Of a DNA stretch of 64,000 bases, positions 1 through 10,261 are shown in pieces. The stretch is taken from the NCBI GenBank assembly GCA_965224085.1, contig CBDCYI010000005.1, positions 32,001 to 96,000 of the forward strand. The letters are read 5' to 3'. A program made the translations under genes and the position numbers. The number at the start of each line of letters is the position of its first letter. Position 1 is the first letter of the stretch. Origin of the DNA: Candidatus Marinacidobacterales bacterium (GTDB lineage Bacteria; Acidobacteriota; Vicinamibacteria; Marinacidobacterales; SMYC01). The notes beneath the pieces were generated by a model. It searched no databases, had not been told where the DNA came from, and saw only the letters and a list, made by a program, of their open reading frames with translations.

Positions 1-2
1 TC

Positions 3-911
3 GCTGAGAGCGCGCGCCAAGCACCCTATGCTCAGCACGTCACGATGGGCGTCGAACGCGAGATCGCGCCCACGTGGACGGCCGCGCTCGATGCGAGCTA
101 TATCCGCGGCAGCAATCTCATCCTGCCCGTGGATGTCAACGCGCCGAGCTTTTTCGACTACACGAGGGGAACCACGCGCTCCACTGGCGCCGCTGACGCG
201 ACGCGCCCGTTTGGCGTCCCCGGATCGCCCATCCCGCCCGGCGTGGTGCCGGAGCTCCCCGACGGCTACCCCATCGGCGGCTTTCGCGATCTCTACTTGC
301 TCGCGTCCCGGGGCTCGAGCCGCTTCTGGGGGGTGAAGCTCAACGTGACGAAACGCTACGCGACCGACTTCACCATCCAGGCCATGTATCACTGGTCGCG
401 CAGCGAGAACGACGGGGACGATTTCCGCATCGCCGAATCGCTCCCGTTGGACCCCGCCAACCGAGACGGCGAATGGGGCCGGAGCGGCGTGGACATCCCG
501 AACGCGCTCGTCGTCAACGGCGTGTGGAACGCTCCGTTGGGCTTCCGCTTGACGGGCATCGCCCGGTTCCGATCCGGCCGGACGGTCGACCCTCGCGTCG
601 GTGACGACCTCGACGGCGATCTCAAGCTGCGAGAAAGGGCGTCGAGCCCCGGTCGGGTGCTCGAGCGCAACAGCTTTCGAGCCCGCTCGGTCGCGGGGCT
701 GGATCTTTCGATCGGCAAGTCGTGGGAGATGGGCGAAGGACGCCGCATCGTGGCCGCCCTCGATATTTTCAATCTCACCAACCGTCTCAACCCGAAGCAG
801 TTTTTGCGCTCTTTCGGAGCGAACGCCGCCGACCCGCTTCCGAGCTTTCTCGAGATCGTCCAAGCTGGTCCTCCGCGACAGTTTCAGCTTTCGGTCCGGT
901 TCGCCTTTTAG
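3..911 (+). CDS. TonB-dependent receptor-like outer-membrane beta-barrel, C-terminal part (5' partial)
   Basis: Frame is open from the window start; amphipathic beta-strands; ends DIFNLTNRLN...GPPRQFQLSVRFAF with a terminal Phe. Confidence 0.85.
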   Translation, partial: AESARQAPYAQHVTMGVEREIAPTWTAALDASYIRGSNLILPVDVNAPSFFDYTRGTTRSTGAADATRPFGVPGSPIPPGVVPELPDGYPIGGFRDLYLLASRGSSRFWGVKLNVTKRYATDFTIQAMYHWSRSENDGDDFRIAESLPLDPANRDGEWGRSGVDIPNALVVNGVWNAPLGFRLTGIARFRSGRTVDPRVGDDLDGDLKLRERASSPGRVLERNSFRARSVAGLDLSIGKSWEMGEGRRIVAALDIFNLTNRLNPKQFLRSFGANAADPLPSFLEIVQAGPPRQFQLSVRFAF

Positions 912-970
912 TTACAATACTCGCGTCAATTAGGGCTTCCTGGGTGCCCAACACGAAGGGACGTAGAGGT

Positions 971-2055
971 GCCTTGGTGCACAACTCGCGATCTCGGTCC
1001 ACAATTGTCCTTTACTCACGGATTCGAGGTTCCCCATGAGCATTTTCAAACGCACTCAGCGGAAGTATGTGAAGAAGGCCTATCGCGTGAGGAATTGGCG
1101 TGAATATGAGGCGGGTCTACGCAACCGTGGGAGCCTGACCGTCTGGATCTCGCTCACCGCCGGCAAGCTTGTGAACTGGGACGCGCCCCGGACGAGGAGG
1201 AGGAAACCGGGCCGTCAACGCAAGTACTCGAACCACGCCATCGAGACGGCTGTCACCCTGGGCATGGTGTTTCATCTGTCATCTAGACAGAGCGAGGGAT
1301 TGCTGCGATCGTTGTTCGCTCTGATGAAGCTAGACAATGATGTGCCCGATCACACCACGATCTCGAGGCGCAAGGCGAAGCTGGGTAAGGTCCCCTTCTA
1401 CCAAGACAAGCAGAAGACGCCGTTGCACATCTTGATCGACAGCAGCGGTCTCGCTGTCCACGCCGGCCAGCTGCGCAGAGCACCAAATAGCAGGGACTAT
1501 CGCAAGCTCCATCTGTGTGTCGACGAGCAGACGGGCGAAGTTGTCGCCGGCGAGCTGACGAGCAAAAGAGCCCGCGATTCATCGCGGGTTGCATCGCTTG
1601 TCGGACAGAGCGACAGTCCCATCTCATCGGCCAGAGCTGACACCGCATACGACGCCAGCGGCGTCTATGAGGCAATCGAGAATCACAGCGCTCATCGCTC
1701 GCCGAGGGTGCTGATACCGCCGCGCAAGGGCGCCCTGCTCGCATCGGGGCCGGCGAGCAGCCGACAGCGCAATCGCAACATTGCAGCACAAGCTCGGCTC
1801 GGCAAACGAAAGTGGCACACAGAATCGGGCTACAGCAAACGGAGCAAAGTCGAGACAACGTTCCATCGCTACAAGGCTATCGTGGGCTCAGCGATGCGAG
1901 CGAGAGGGTTGGCGGCACAGAGAGTCGAGGCAAGGATCGGGTGCAAGATTCTCAACACCATGACGGCGCTCGGGATGCCTGATAGCGAGATGATCGGATG
2001 ATGGGAGTCGGGGCCAAGCGAGCTCTCGGCCTCTATCGGAGTTGTGCACCAAGGC
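971..2055 (+). mobile_element. IS5-family (IS903-group) insertion sequence
   Basis: Perfect 17-bp terminal inverted repeats GCCTTGGTGCACAACTC (971-987) and GAGTTGTGCACCAAGGC (2039-2055) around a transposase; no target duplication visible. Confidence 0.9.
1036..2001 (+). CDS. IS5-family DDE transposase
   Basis: YRVRNWREYEAGLRNRGSLTVW N-terminus, PDHTTISRR, IDSSG, RKLHLCVD, ADTAYD, GYSKRSKVET. Confidence 0.92.
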   Translation: MSIFKRTQRKYVKKAYRVRNWREYEAGLRNRGSLTVWISLTAGKLVNWDAPRTRRRKPGRQRKYSNHAIETAVTLGMVFHLSSRQSEGLLRSLFALMKLDNDVPDHTTISRRKAKLGKVPFYQDKQKTPLHILIDSSGLAVHAGQLRRAPNSRDYRKLHLCVDEQTGEVVAGELTSKRARDSSRVASLVGQSDSPISSARADTAYDASGVYEAIENHSAHRSPRVLIPPRKGALLASGPASSRQRNRNIAAQARLGKRKWHTESGYSKRSKVETTFHRYKAIVGSAMRARGLAAQRVEARIGCKILNTMTALGMPDSEMIG

Positions 2056-2207
2056 AGCTCGCAGGCGACGGCTTGGAGCTCCACGTGTTTCCGGGCACGC
2101 CGAACACGACTTTTGAGTCGCCTTCGGTCGAGGTGCTCGCTGCCAAGGTGCGCGATTGCTTACGCGCGAGTCAAGAGTCCGTTGCACCCGACACGGCCAC
2201 CAGGTGA
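2056..2207 (+). pseudogene. C-terminal remnant of a thioesterase (NRPS/PKS TE-like) domain cut by the IS
   Basis: LAGDGLELHVFPGTPNTTFESPSVEVLAAKVRDCL resembles the TE C-terminus (LEVHxVPGDHxxMxxEPxVxxLAxxLxxxL); begins at the IS right end. Confidence 0.5.
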
Positions 2208-2692
2208 TCGGAGCTCCATGACCACGAAGGCGAAGGCTGAGAATGGGCGATGTGCCGCCCGGCCTTCATGGAGCTGCTCCTCTCCTTTCGGCATAGCGGG
2301 ATGTGATTCCAGCAATGCACCCAGTGTGCGTTTTGTCACCGGGCGGTCATTGTTACTCAACTCCCGCTTAGCAAGGAAGCCCTCGGGCTTCTCTATTCGT
2401 TTTCTCTGTCTTTGCCCTCGATCTATCCAAACTTCGCGCGATGAGGCAACTCGCGATCATGGACTCTGTAGTCACGCATCTGCTCGCACTAGAATCATCG
2501 AATCGCCGCACGACGCCGATCTATCTCGAGAGCTCCTTTTTGAAGCTCGTCCTACCGCCTCCATATGATCGATCTTCGCTCGCAATCCCCTTCGCGAATC
2601 TGCCTAGAATCATGAGTCCCAGTACGCCCACGTCTCCCGTATACTGTTTCCGGGACTGATTGACCAATAAAGTTTGGTCGCGCTCTCAAAGG

Positions 2693-3652
2693 ATGCTGAA
2701 CGTATTCATCACGATCGACGTAGAAGTCTGGTGTGACACCTGGGACGCGCTCGACGAGAGATTTCCGTCGGCGTTCCGGCATTACGTCTACGGACCGACG
2801 AGGTCCGGGGACTGCGCGTTACCGTTGACGCTCTCGGTGCTTCGGGATCACAATCTTCAGGCCTCATTCTTCGTCGAGCCGCTCTTTTCACTGCGATTCG
2901 GAGAGGAGCCTTTGCGGGAGATCGTCGGCCTCATTCAGGAGACGGGACAGGAGATTCAGCTTCACCTGCACACCGAGTGGGTCGACGAAGCCAAGGTTCC
3001 CCTCTTCCCGGAATTTCCGCAGAAACGACAATTCATGGCCTATTTCTCTCTTGGAGAGCAGCGCATGCTCGTGCGGAAGGGCCTTGATCTGTTATCGCAC
3101 GTTGGCGTGAACGGTGTTCGAGCTTTTCGAGCTGGAAGTTTCGGCATGAGTCGCGACACCTTCGGCGCGCTGGCTGCAAACGGGCTCGAAATTGATTGCA
3201 GCTACAACCACTGCCAGACATTCGCGCGCGACGTCGTACGAGATTACGTGCTTCATCAACCTTCGCTCATCGAGGGCGTACACGAGTATCCCATGTCCGT
3301 GTTCGAGGATTTTCCCGGCCATTTTCGTCACGCGCAACTCGGTGCTTGCTCCTATCGCGAACTGGAGCAGCTCCTGTGGAGCGCCCTCAAAGAAGGCTTC
3401 GAAAGCGTCGTGATTCTTTCGCACGGTACGGAGCTTTTGAATCACGCCAAGACACGGCCGGACCCTGTTGCCATCAAAAGGTTCTCGCGGCTTTGTGGTT
3501 TTCTGGACAGAAATCGGCGGGATTTAAACGCCTGTGGTTTTCGCATGCTTCAGCTGCGAGCTTTGGAGAAACAGCCCCCTCCCACCACCTCGGGCCGCAT
3601 CTACACGGTCGGTCGGTACGCTGAGCAGGCTTGGCGGAGGTTGTACGGATGA
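2693..3652 (+). CDS. Polysaccharide deacetylase (CE4/WalW-like)
   Basis: VFITIDVE, ASFFVE, EIQLHLHTEW, AFRAGSF, VILSHG motifs; ATG at 2693 preferred. Confidence 0.85.
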   Translation: MLNVFITIDVEVWCDTWDALDERFPSAFRHYVYGPTRSGDCALPLTLSVLRDHNLQASFFVEPLFSLRFGEEPLREIVGLIQETGQEIQLHLHTEWVDEAKVPLFPEFPQKRQFMAYFSLGEQRMLVRKGLDLLSHVGVNGVRAFRAGSFGMSRDTFGALAANGLEIDCSYNHCQTFARDVVRDYVLHQPSLIEGVHEYPMSVFEDFPGHFRHAQLGACSYRELEQLLWSALKEGFESVVILSHGTELLNHAKTRPDPVAIKRFSRLCGFLDRNRRDLNACGFRMLQLRALEKQPPPTTSGRIYTVGRYAEQAWRRLYG

Positions 3653-4635
3653 TGGACAAATGGCACGTCCGGGATGTGATGCTTCGATTCCGAGTAAGCG
3701 TCCGTACGCTGGGCAGCGTTCGACTTCGGGTCAAGGTTCGCGTGGCGCAGCTCGCCATAACCCACACGGCGGAGCTGCAAGCTCCATCCGAATCACTCGA
3801 GCCTGAAATGTCGGGATTCTATTTGCCCTCGCTTCCGATTCCGGAGGACGCGCCGACGATTAAGCGTGGGCCTTCCTTCGTCTGTTACATCGAGAACCGC
3901 TACCGGCGCTACTTTATCGACATGAATGGCTCTTTCGAGGAGTACGCAAAGAAGTTCTCCCCCAAATACCGTGCGACGATCCGGCGAAAAATACGTAAGT
4001 TCAAACGCCACTCCAGCGGGGAGATCGACTCCCGCGTCTATCGAACACCACAGGAGCTGCGTGATTTTCTAGATCTCGCTCGATCCGTGTCGGCTGTTTC
4101 CTACCAAGAAAAGCTCCTCGATGCCGGGCTACCCGACTCCAAAAAGTTCGAAGAAGAAATGGCGGCTGCCGCGCGTGCCGACAGGGTCAGAGCGTTTCTG
4201 CTTTTACACGGAGGCCGGCCGGTAGCCTACCTTTATTGTCCGGTGCGAGACTCGAATCTGATCTTCCTGTATCTCGGCTATGACCCGAACTTCGCAAAAT
4301 GGTCCGTCGGGACCGTGCTGCAATGGTTAGCTCTCGAATCGCTCTTTCGGGAACAACGCTATCGACTGTTCGATTTCACCCAAGGGGAAAGCGAGCACAA
4401 ACGCTTCTATTCTACGGGCGGCATCGATTGCGGGAACGTTTTCTTCCTAAAGAGAACTGCGTTTCACGAAGGCCTCGTGTTGGCGCATCGCTCATTCAAC
4501 TCCGGTGTCGAATTCTTGAGAGACGGCCTGGACACGCTGCAATTAATAAAGCGCGTTGCCGAGACGGTCGAACGTTCCATTGCGGTGCAGCTCGAGGCCG
4601 CAATTGAGGGCGGTCTGTCCCCCGAACGAGAGTAG
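3649..4635 (+). CDS. GNAT acetyltransferase, CelD/BcsL-like; C-terminus probably replaced at a junction
   Basis: ATGA overlap with the deacetylase stop; [17 protein letters not shown] and [13 protein letters not shown] motifs; last ~25 aa are read antisense to carB. Confidence 0.8.
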   Translation: MMDKWHVRDVMLRFRVSVRTLGSVRLRVKVRVAQLAITHTAELQAPSESLEPEMSGFYLPSLPIPEDAPTIKRGPSFVCYIENRYRRYFIDMNGSFEEYAKKFSPKYRATIRRKIRKFKRHSSGEIDSRVYRTPQELRDFLDLARSVSAVSYQEKLLDAGLPDSKKFEEEMAAAARADRVRAFLLLHGGRPVAYLYCPVRDSNLIFLYLGYDPNFAKWSVGTVLQWLALESLFREQRYRLFDFTQGESEHKRFYSTGGIDCGNVFFLKRTAFHEGLVLAHRSFNSGVEFLRDGLDTLQLIKRVAETVERSIAVQLEAAIEGGLSPERE

Positions 4636-4902
4636 AACCGCGTCCACGTCTTCCTTTTCCGCGATGTCCGCGACGATGTCCGGTGTGACGGCTTGGAGGT
4701 AGATGCGATCCGCGAGTCCTGGGCTCGTTTGGACCGTGGCGATGTTCGGGTTTACGAGAACCGTCTGGATGCCCTCTTCCTGGAGCGCCTTGATCGCTTG
4801 GGAGCCTGAGTAGTCGAACTCGCCCGCTTGACCAATCTGCAAGGCGCCCGAGCCAAGGATGAGGACGCTTCGAGGCTTTTTCGGAAGGTAGATGCCGTGC
4901 AT
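4543..4902 (-). pseudogene. carB: Carbamoyl-phosphate synthase large subunit, N-terminal 119 aa only
   Basis: [46 protein letters not shown]; stops after FDRLG, whereas CarB is normally over 1000 aa. Confidence 0.92.
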
Positions 4903-4903
4903 A

Positions 4904-6010
4904 TCAGATGGACATAGAACCGACGAGGCGCAGGAAGTCGTTGAAGAGAAACCCTGCATCCTGCGGGCCGGGGCTCGCCTCCGGATGGAATTGCACGCTG
5001 AAGTGTGGGCGATGGCGCGAGCGGATGCCTTCGTTGGTTCCGTCGTTGATGTTCACGAACCACGACTCCCATTCCTCGGGCAAGGTCGACTCATCGACGG
5101 CATAGCCGTGATTCTGACTCGTAATGTAGGAGCGTCGCGTCAGCAGATCCTGGACAGGCTGGTTCACCCCACGATGGCCATAGGAAAGCTTGTACGTCGT
5201 TCCGCCCGCGGCACGGGCGAGGATTTGATTCCCGAGGCAAATCCCGAAGATGGGCTTGTTGTACAACGCGAGTAATCCGCGCACTTGCTCGACAAGTGTA
5301 TCGAGATCTCGTGGGTCGCCCGGGCCGTTTCCGATCACCACGCCATTGGCTGTGGACACCTCTTCGTGCAGATTGGCCGTCCACGGTATCCGTCGGACGC
5401 TCACGCCACGCTCCAGCAGGGACCGCACCATGTTGTCTTTCGCGCCGACATCGACCAGCGCGATCTTCAAAGGACCGCCTTCGTAGTCGACGCGTTCGAG
5501 CGGCGCCACCAGATCGAAGACTTCCTTCTTCATTTCCACCCGGGCCGCTTCTTTTCGCGCACGCGACAACTCCAACTCTGAGGGAAAGAGCCATCCCGCC
5601 ATGGTCCCGTGCTCCCTCAAGCGTCGCGTGAGCGTTCTCGTGTCGATTCCCGTGACAGCAGGAACTCTTTCTTTTTCGAGCCACGCACCGAGCGAACGCT
5701 TGGCTGCGTAGTGGCTGTACTCGCTGACGTAGTGCTGCACGACGAGACCTTGCACTTGGATTTGGCTCGACTCGTAGGGGCGGTCGATTCCTTTGCGAGG
5801 GCGGGCCGCCGGCACACCGTAACTCCCGATCAAGGGGTAGGTGCAGACGAGAATCTGCCCACGATAGGAGGGGTCCGTGAGGGTCTCAATGTAGCCGGCC
5901 ATCGCGGTGTTGAAGACCACCTCGCCCGCTACGGGCTTCACATCGCCAAAGGCCGTGCCCGTCATTTCCGTGCCGTCCTCGAGGACGAGCTTCATCTTCG
6001 TTTGATTCAT
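4904..6010 (-). CDS. carA: Carbamoyl-phosphate synthase small (glutaminase) subunit
   Basis: [35 protein letters not shown] (catalytic Cys), [18 protein letters not shown]. Confidence 0.96.
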   Translation of the reverse strand: MNQTKMKLVLEDGTEMTGTAFGDVKPVAGEVVFNTAMAGYIETLTDPSYRGQILVCTYPLIGSYGVPAARPRKGIDRPYESSQIQVQGLVVQHYVSEYSHYAAKRSLGAWLEKERVPAVTGIDTRTLTRRLREHGTMAGWLFPSELELSRARKEAARVEMKKEVFDLVAPLERVDYEGGPLKIALVDVGAKDNMVRSLLERGVSVRRIPWTANLHEEVSTANGVVIGNGPGDPRDLDTLVEQVRGLLALYNKPIFGICLGNQILARAAGGTTYKLSYGHRGVNQPVQDLLTRRSYITSQNHGYAVDESTLPEEWESWFVNINDGTNEGIRSRHRPHFSVQFHPEASPGPQDAGFLFNDFLRLVGSMSI

Positions 6011-6086
6011 TTAGTTATCTTGCTCTGTTCTGTCGCTTATCATATCCTGATCCTAGGTCCCTTTCCCGAACGTTCGGAGCAGGCGA

Positions 6087-7919
6087 ATGAACATTCTTGG
6101 TATTTCAGCTTTCTACCACGATAGCGCCGCCTGTCTCGTGCGCGACGGTGACATCGTTGCGGCAGCCCAGGAAGAGCGCTTCACCAGAAAAAAGCACGAC
6201 TACTCTTTTCCGAAGCACGCGGTGGATTACTGTCTTGGCGAAGCCGGGCTCGCGCCCGCCGAGCTGGATATCGTCGCGTTTTACGACAAACCGCTGCTCA
6301 AGTTCGACCGCATACTCGAGACGTATCTCGCCTACGCCCCTCGCGGCTACAAATTGTTCCTCAAGGGACTTCCTCTCTGGCTGAAGGAAAAGCTCCATAC
6401 GCCGAGGGCGCTGGACCACGGCCTGGATGGACAGTACCGAGGACGCTATGTCTTCACACGCCACCACGAGTCGCATGCCGCTAGCGCTTTTTTTCCATCA
6501 CCGTTCGACAAAGCCGCCATTTTGACGCTCGACGGCGTGGGCGAGTGGACGACGGGCAGCATCGGCGTCGGCGAAGGGAATCAGACGCGACTCCTCAAGG
6601 AGCTCCGTTTTCCGCATTCGATCGGGCTTCTGTACTCCGCCTTCACTTACTTCTGTGGCTTTCGGGTCAACAGCGGTGAATACAAACTCATGGGGCTCGC
6701 TCCGTATGGCGAACCGAAATATGCCGACCTCATTCGCGCCAAGCTCATCGATTTGCGCCCCGATGGCTCTTTTCGCATGGACATGTCCTATTTCGCCTAT
6801 TGCCACAAGGACGTCATGACCTCGGTGAAGATGAACGAACTCTTCGGAGGCCCGCCACGAGCCATGGAGGGGCCACTCACCGAGCGCGAGATGGATATCG
6901 CCGCGTCCATTCAGGAAGTTACCGAAGAAGTCATGCTCGGGGCGGCGCGCTACGCCCACGAGTTGACGGGGCTGACGAATCTCGTCATGGCGGGTGGCGT
7001 CGCTTTGAACTGCGTTGGGAACGGGAGAATTCTCAGAGAGGGCCCGTTCGAGAATCTGTGGATCCAGCCGGCCGCTGGAGACGCGGGAGGGGCGCTCGGG
7101 GCGGCGCTCTTCACTTGGTACCAGCTCATGAACAAGGAACGCGCGCCGCTCGAAGAGGGCGATCGCCAGAAGGGATCTCTTCTTGGACCGAATTATTCCG
7201 ACGAGCGCATCCGTTCCTTCTTGGACGCGTCGGGCGCTGTCTACCGTTATTTCGATGAGGAGCCGGAGCTCGCTGCCGAGATCGCGAGGCTCATCGACTC
7301 CGAACAGGTTGTCGGACACATGGAAGGGCGGATGGAGTTCGGGCCGCGCGCCCTGGGCAACCGCTCCATCATGGGCGACGCACGGTCAGAAAAGATGCAG
7401 TCTGTCATGAACCTGAAAATCAAGTTTCGGGAATCCTTCCGACCGTTCGCACCATCGATCCTGCGCGAGAGTGTCGAGGAGTATTTCGATGTCCGGCCAA
7501 AGGAAGATAGCCCATATATGCTTATCGTTGCTCCGGTACGTCAGGACAAACGGCTCAATGTGCGCGAAAATGGCTCCGAGGGGCTCGACAAGCTCAAACA
7601 GCAGCGGTCCGTCGTTCCCGCCATTACGCACGTAGACTATTCGGCTCGAGTACAAACGGTCGATGCCGACCGGCACCCCAGATTCCATCGGATCCTGAAC
7701 AGTCTGAACGATCGGGCCGATTGCCCGATCGTCATCAACACGAGCTTCAACGTACGCGGCGAGCCCATCGTCTGCACACCGGAAGATGCCTATCGCTGCT
7801 TCATGGCGACAAACATGGATGCTCTCGTGATCGACAACTTTCTGCTCTTGAAAGACGAACAACCGCACGCGCAGCAACACGTAGCAGACGCGTACCTCGC
7901 TCAGTTTCAACTCGACTAG
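6087..7919 (+). CDS. O-carbamoyltransferase (NodU/CmcH/SxtI family)
   Basis: ILGISAFYHDSAA, AAQEERFTRKKHD, HHESHAASAF, SGEYKLMGLAPYG, AGGVALNC, EFGPRALGNRS, INTSFNVRGEPIV. Confidence 0.95.
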   Translation: MNILGISAFYHDSAACLVRDGDIVAAAQEERFTRKKHDYSFPKHAVDYCLGEAGLAPAELDIVAFYDKPLLKFDRILETYLAYAPRGYKLFLKGLPLWLKEKLHTPRALDHGLDGQYRGRYVFTRHHESHAASAFFPSPFDKAAILTLDGVGEWTTGSIGVGEGNQTRLLKELRFPHSIGLLYSAFTYFCGFRVNSGEYKLMGLAPYGEPKYADLIRAKLIDLRPDGSFRMDMSYFAYCHKDVMTSVKMNELFGGPPRAMEGPLTEREMDIAASIQEVTEEVMLGAARYAHELTGLTNLVMAGGVALNCVGNGRILREGPFENLWIQPAAGDAGGALGAALFTWYQLMNKERAPLEEGDRQKGSLLGPNYSDERIRSFLDASGAVYRYFDEEPELAAEIARLIDSEQVVGHMEGRMEFGPRALGNRSIMGDARSEKMQSVMNLKIKFRESFRPFAPSILRESVEEYFDVRPKEDSPYMLIVAPVRQDKRLNVRENGSEGLDKLKQQRSVVPAITHVDYSARVQTVDADRHPRFHRILNSLNDRADCPIVINTSFNVRGEPIVCTPEDAYRCFMATNMDALVIDNFLLLKDEQPHAQQHVADAYLAQFQLD

Positions 7920-7933
7920 ACGAGGTAGACGCC

Positions 7934-8374
7934 ATGCTCGCACAGCTGAACTTGCAACCGACGACGAGCCAACTGAAGCAGTTCGGCTTCATTGCCGTTG
8001 TTGCACTCGGTGTCCTCGGCGGTGTCGTCCAATGGAAGGGCGGTTTGCTTGGTTTCGATTTTGGCGCGTGGACACCGGCCGTGGCGTACAGTTGTTGGTT
8101 CGCAGGCGGGCTATCGACGCTCTTCTCTATAGTTTGGCCCGCGGCGAACCGACCGTTGTTCACGATCCTCAGTCTGGTCGCATTTCCCATCGGCTGGATC
8201 GTGTCTCACATCGTTTTGGCGTTTCTGTTCTTTGGTATCTTGACACCATTGGCGCTCTTCTTTCGGCTGATCGGTCGCGACCCGCTGACACGATCGTGGG
8301 AATCGCACCGAAAAAGCTATTGGGTGGATATGCCCCCACCTCCGAACAATCGCGACTATTTCCGGCAATTTTGA
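7934..8374 (+). CDS. SxtJ-like membrane protein
   Basis: LKQFG N-terminus, TM helices, FFGILTPLALFFRLIGRDPL, SYW, ends YFRQF; follows the carbamoyltransferase; GAGG SD. Confidence 0.85.
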   Translation: MLAQLNLQPTTSQLKQFGFIAVVALGVLGGVVQWKGGLLGFDFGAWTPAVAYSCWFAGGLSTLFSIVWPAANRPLFTILSLVAFPIGWIVSHIVLAFLFFGILTPLALFFRLIGRDPLTRSWESHRKSYWVDMPPPPNNRDYFRQF

Positions 8375-8389
8375 TTTCAGGAGTTTGAC

Positions 8390-8584
8390 GTGGAAGATCG
8401 AAACGACGATGTTACGCAGCTCGCTCAGGAAGGCCGCCAGGGCCTTGTTTCCGAGTTTTGGGATTTCTTGAAGCACAACAAGAAGTGGTGGCTGCTCCCA
8501 ATCATCATCGTGATCTTGGCCCTCGGAGGCCTCGTGTTCCTGAGCGGTAGCGGAGCGGCCCCGTTCATTTACACACTCTTTTAG
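8390..8584 (+). CDS. SxtK-like small membrane protein (DUF5989)
   Basis: EFWDFLKHNKKWWLLPII...AAPFIYTLF signature; AGGAG SD before GTG. Confidence 0.9.
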   Translation: MEDRNDDVTQLAQEGRQGLVSEFWDFLKHNKKWWLLPIIIVILALGGLVFLSGSGAAPFIYTLF

Positions 8585-8833
8585 CTTCGCAAGATCATTG
8601 ACATTGAGATCCGCAATTGATATTTCTCCCAACCAAGGGTAATAAGTATTAGAGCTAACGTCGGAAGGACGTTTGCCAAGTGTACGTAATCGGGGGATTG
8701 CGAACACGGTGTTAACCCGGGCCGGGGGTTAGCGGCGAAGAGCAATTCAACGCGTCTTCGCCCGCTTGGAATTTGACTTCCAGCGAATCCGGCCTTCCCG
8801 ACCGAAGACTACTATGGATGGGTGTAGGTTTCT

Positions 8834-10222
8834 TTGAGCGGGGTATTTTTATCAGCACCGTCCGTCCGGACGCTGGCATGCATGGCGGCGGACGTATCCA
8901 TTATCGCCGGGACGCTGTGGTTGGCCATCGCCGTCCGCTTCAGTAAGCTCCTCCCGTCGTCATACGAAGGCGGGCTTGTGAAGGGTGCCGTCTTGGTGGT
9001 CACCCTGCTCCTTGCGCTTTACTACAATGAGCTCTACGGCGGCCGAGCACCCAAGAGCGTGACAGCGCTCGCCCTGCGCGTCATCAAGTCGTTTGCTGCG
9101 GGCGGTATCTTCCTCGCGCTCCTCTACTATGCAATTCCGGATCTAGCGCTCGGGCGCGGCATCTTGCTCATCCACCCGCCCTTCGCTTTTGCGGGGCTTC
9201 TAGCGTGGCGCATCAGCTACTACTGGGCCATCCAGCGGGACACTTTCGTCGAGAACGTGCTCATTCTCGGAACGGGGAGCGCCGCCGTGAGCCTTGCTCG
9301 CGAGGTGCTTCAGTACCGGAACGATGGCTATCGGGTCGTAGGATTTCTGGGTAAAGACCCCGAAGAGGTCGGGAAATCGCTCTTCAACCCCACCGTGGTG
9401 GGCACCCATGATGAGCTTCTTCCGCTCACTTTGCGGTTCAACGTTCACACGATCGTCGTTGCCCTCGAAGAGCAGCGTGGTGAGCTCCCTCTCTCGGATC
9501 TTTTGACGTGCAAATTACGTGGCGCGCGCATCGAACAGGCGGCAGAGTTCTATGAAGCCGTTACGGGTCAACTCCCCGTTCGGAACTTGCGGCCGAGCTC
9601 GTTGATCTTCTCGCCCGGCTTCCGCCGCCCGCGGTTTTTCAACAACACGCGACGTGTGCTCGAGCTCGTGGCGGCCCTAGTCGGGCTCGTGCTCGCTATC
9701 CCTTTGGTGTTGCTCGGCATGCTTTTGATCGTCCTGGAGGACGGGTTGCCGGTTCTCTTCCGGCAGGAGCGCGTGGGCGAGAACGGCAAGACCTTCGCGC
9801 TCTATAAGCTCAGGTCCATGCGGCGGGATGCGGAGAAAGCGGGCGCCGTTTGGGCTTCGGCCAACGGCGACACGCGTGTCCTCCGCGTGGGTCGATTCCT
9901 GAGAATGTCACGCATCGACGAGCTTCCCCAGCTCTACAACGTTGTGCGTGGCGATATGAGCTTCGTGGGACCCCGTCCGGAGCGGCCTTGCTTCGTCGAC
10001 GAGCTCGCGACGCTCATCCCATTTTACGGGGAGCGCCATTCCGTCAAGCCTGGCATCACGGGCTGGGCGCAGGTTCGCCACGGCTACAGCTCGAGCGTCG
10101 AGGAATCCGAGGTCAAACTGTGCCATGATCTCTATTACATCAAGAACATGAGCTTTTGGCTCGATCTCCAGATCGTTCTGGATACCCTGAAGGTCATTCT
10201 CTTCGGGCGCGGCGCGCGTTAG
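8834..10222 (+). CDS. Priming polyprenyl-phosphate sugar transferase, PEP-CTERM/EPS-associated type
   Basis: N-terminal TMs, VLILGTG CoA-binding-like domain, FRQERVG, KLRSM, DELPQLYNV, MSFVGPRPERP, VKPGITGWAQ, DLYYIKN; exact start uncertain. Confidence 0.93.
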   Translation: MSGVFLSAPSVRTLACMAADVSIIAGTLWLAIAVRFSKLLPSSYEGGLVKGAVLVVTLLLALYYNELYGGRAPKSVTALALRVIKSFAAGGIFLALLYYAIPDLALGRGILLIHPPFAFAGLLAWRISYYWAIQRDTFVENVLILGTGSAAVSLAREVLQYRNDGYRVVGFLGKDPEEVGKSLFNPTVVGTHDELLPLTLRFNVHTIVVALEEQRGELPLSDLLTCKLRGARIEQAAEFYEAVTGQLPVRNLRPSSLIFSPGFRRPRFFNNTRRVLELVAALVGLVLAIPLVLLGMLLIVLEDGLPVLFRQERVGENGKTFALYKLRSMRRDAEKAGAVWASANGDTRVLRVGRFLRMSRIDELPQLYNVVRGDMSFVGPRPERPCFVDELATLIPFYGERHSVKPGITGWAQVRHGYSSSVEESEVKLCHDLYYIKNMSFWLDLQIVLDTLKVILFGRGAR

Positions 10223-10261
10223 ACTTAAGACTCCAGCATCTTTTTCCCCGTAGGAAACGCC

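Noticed and set aside
2208-2660. Short ORFs between the TE remnant and the deacetylase, including a faint kinase-like peptide on the minus strand
   Set aside because: Similarity is too weak and there are no translation signals
6087-8584. Saxitoxin biosynthesis cluster
   Set aside because: Only the widespread sxtI/J/K-like trio is present; no sxtA, sxtG or other core genes
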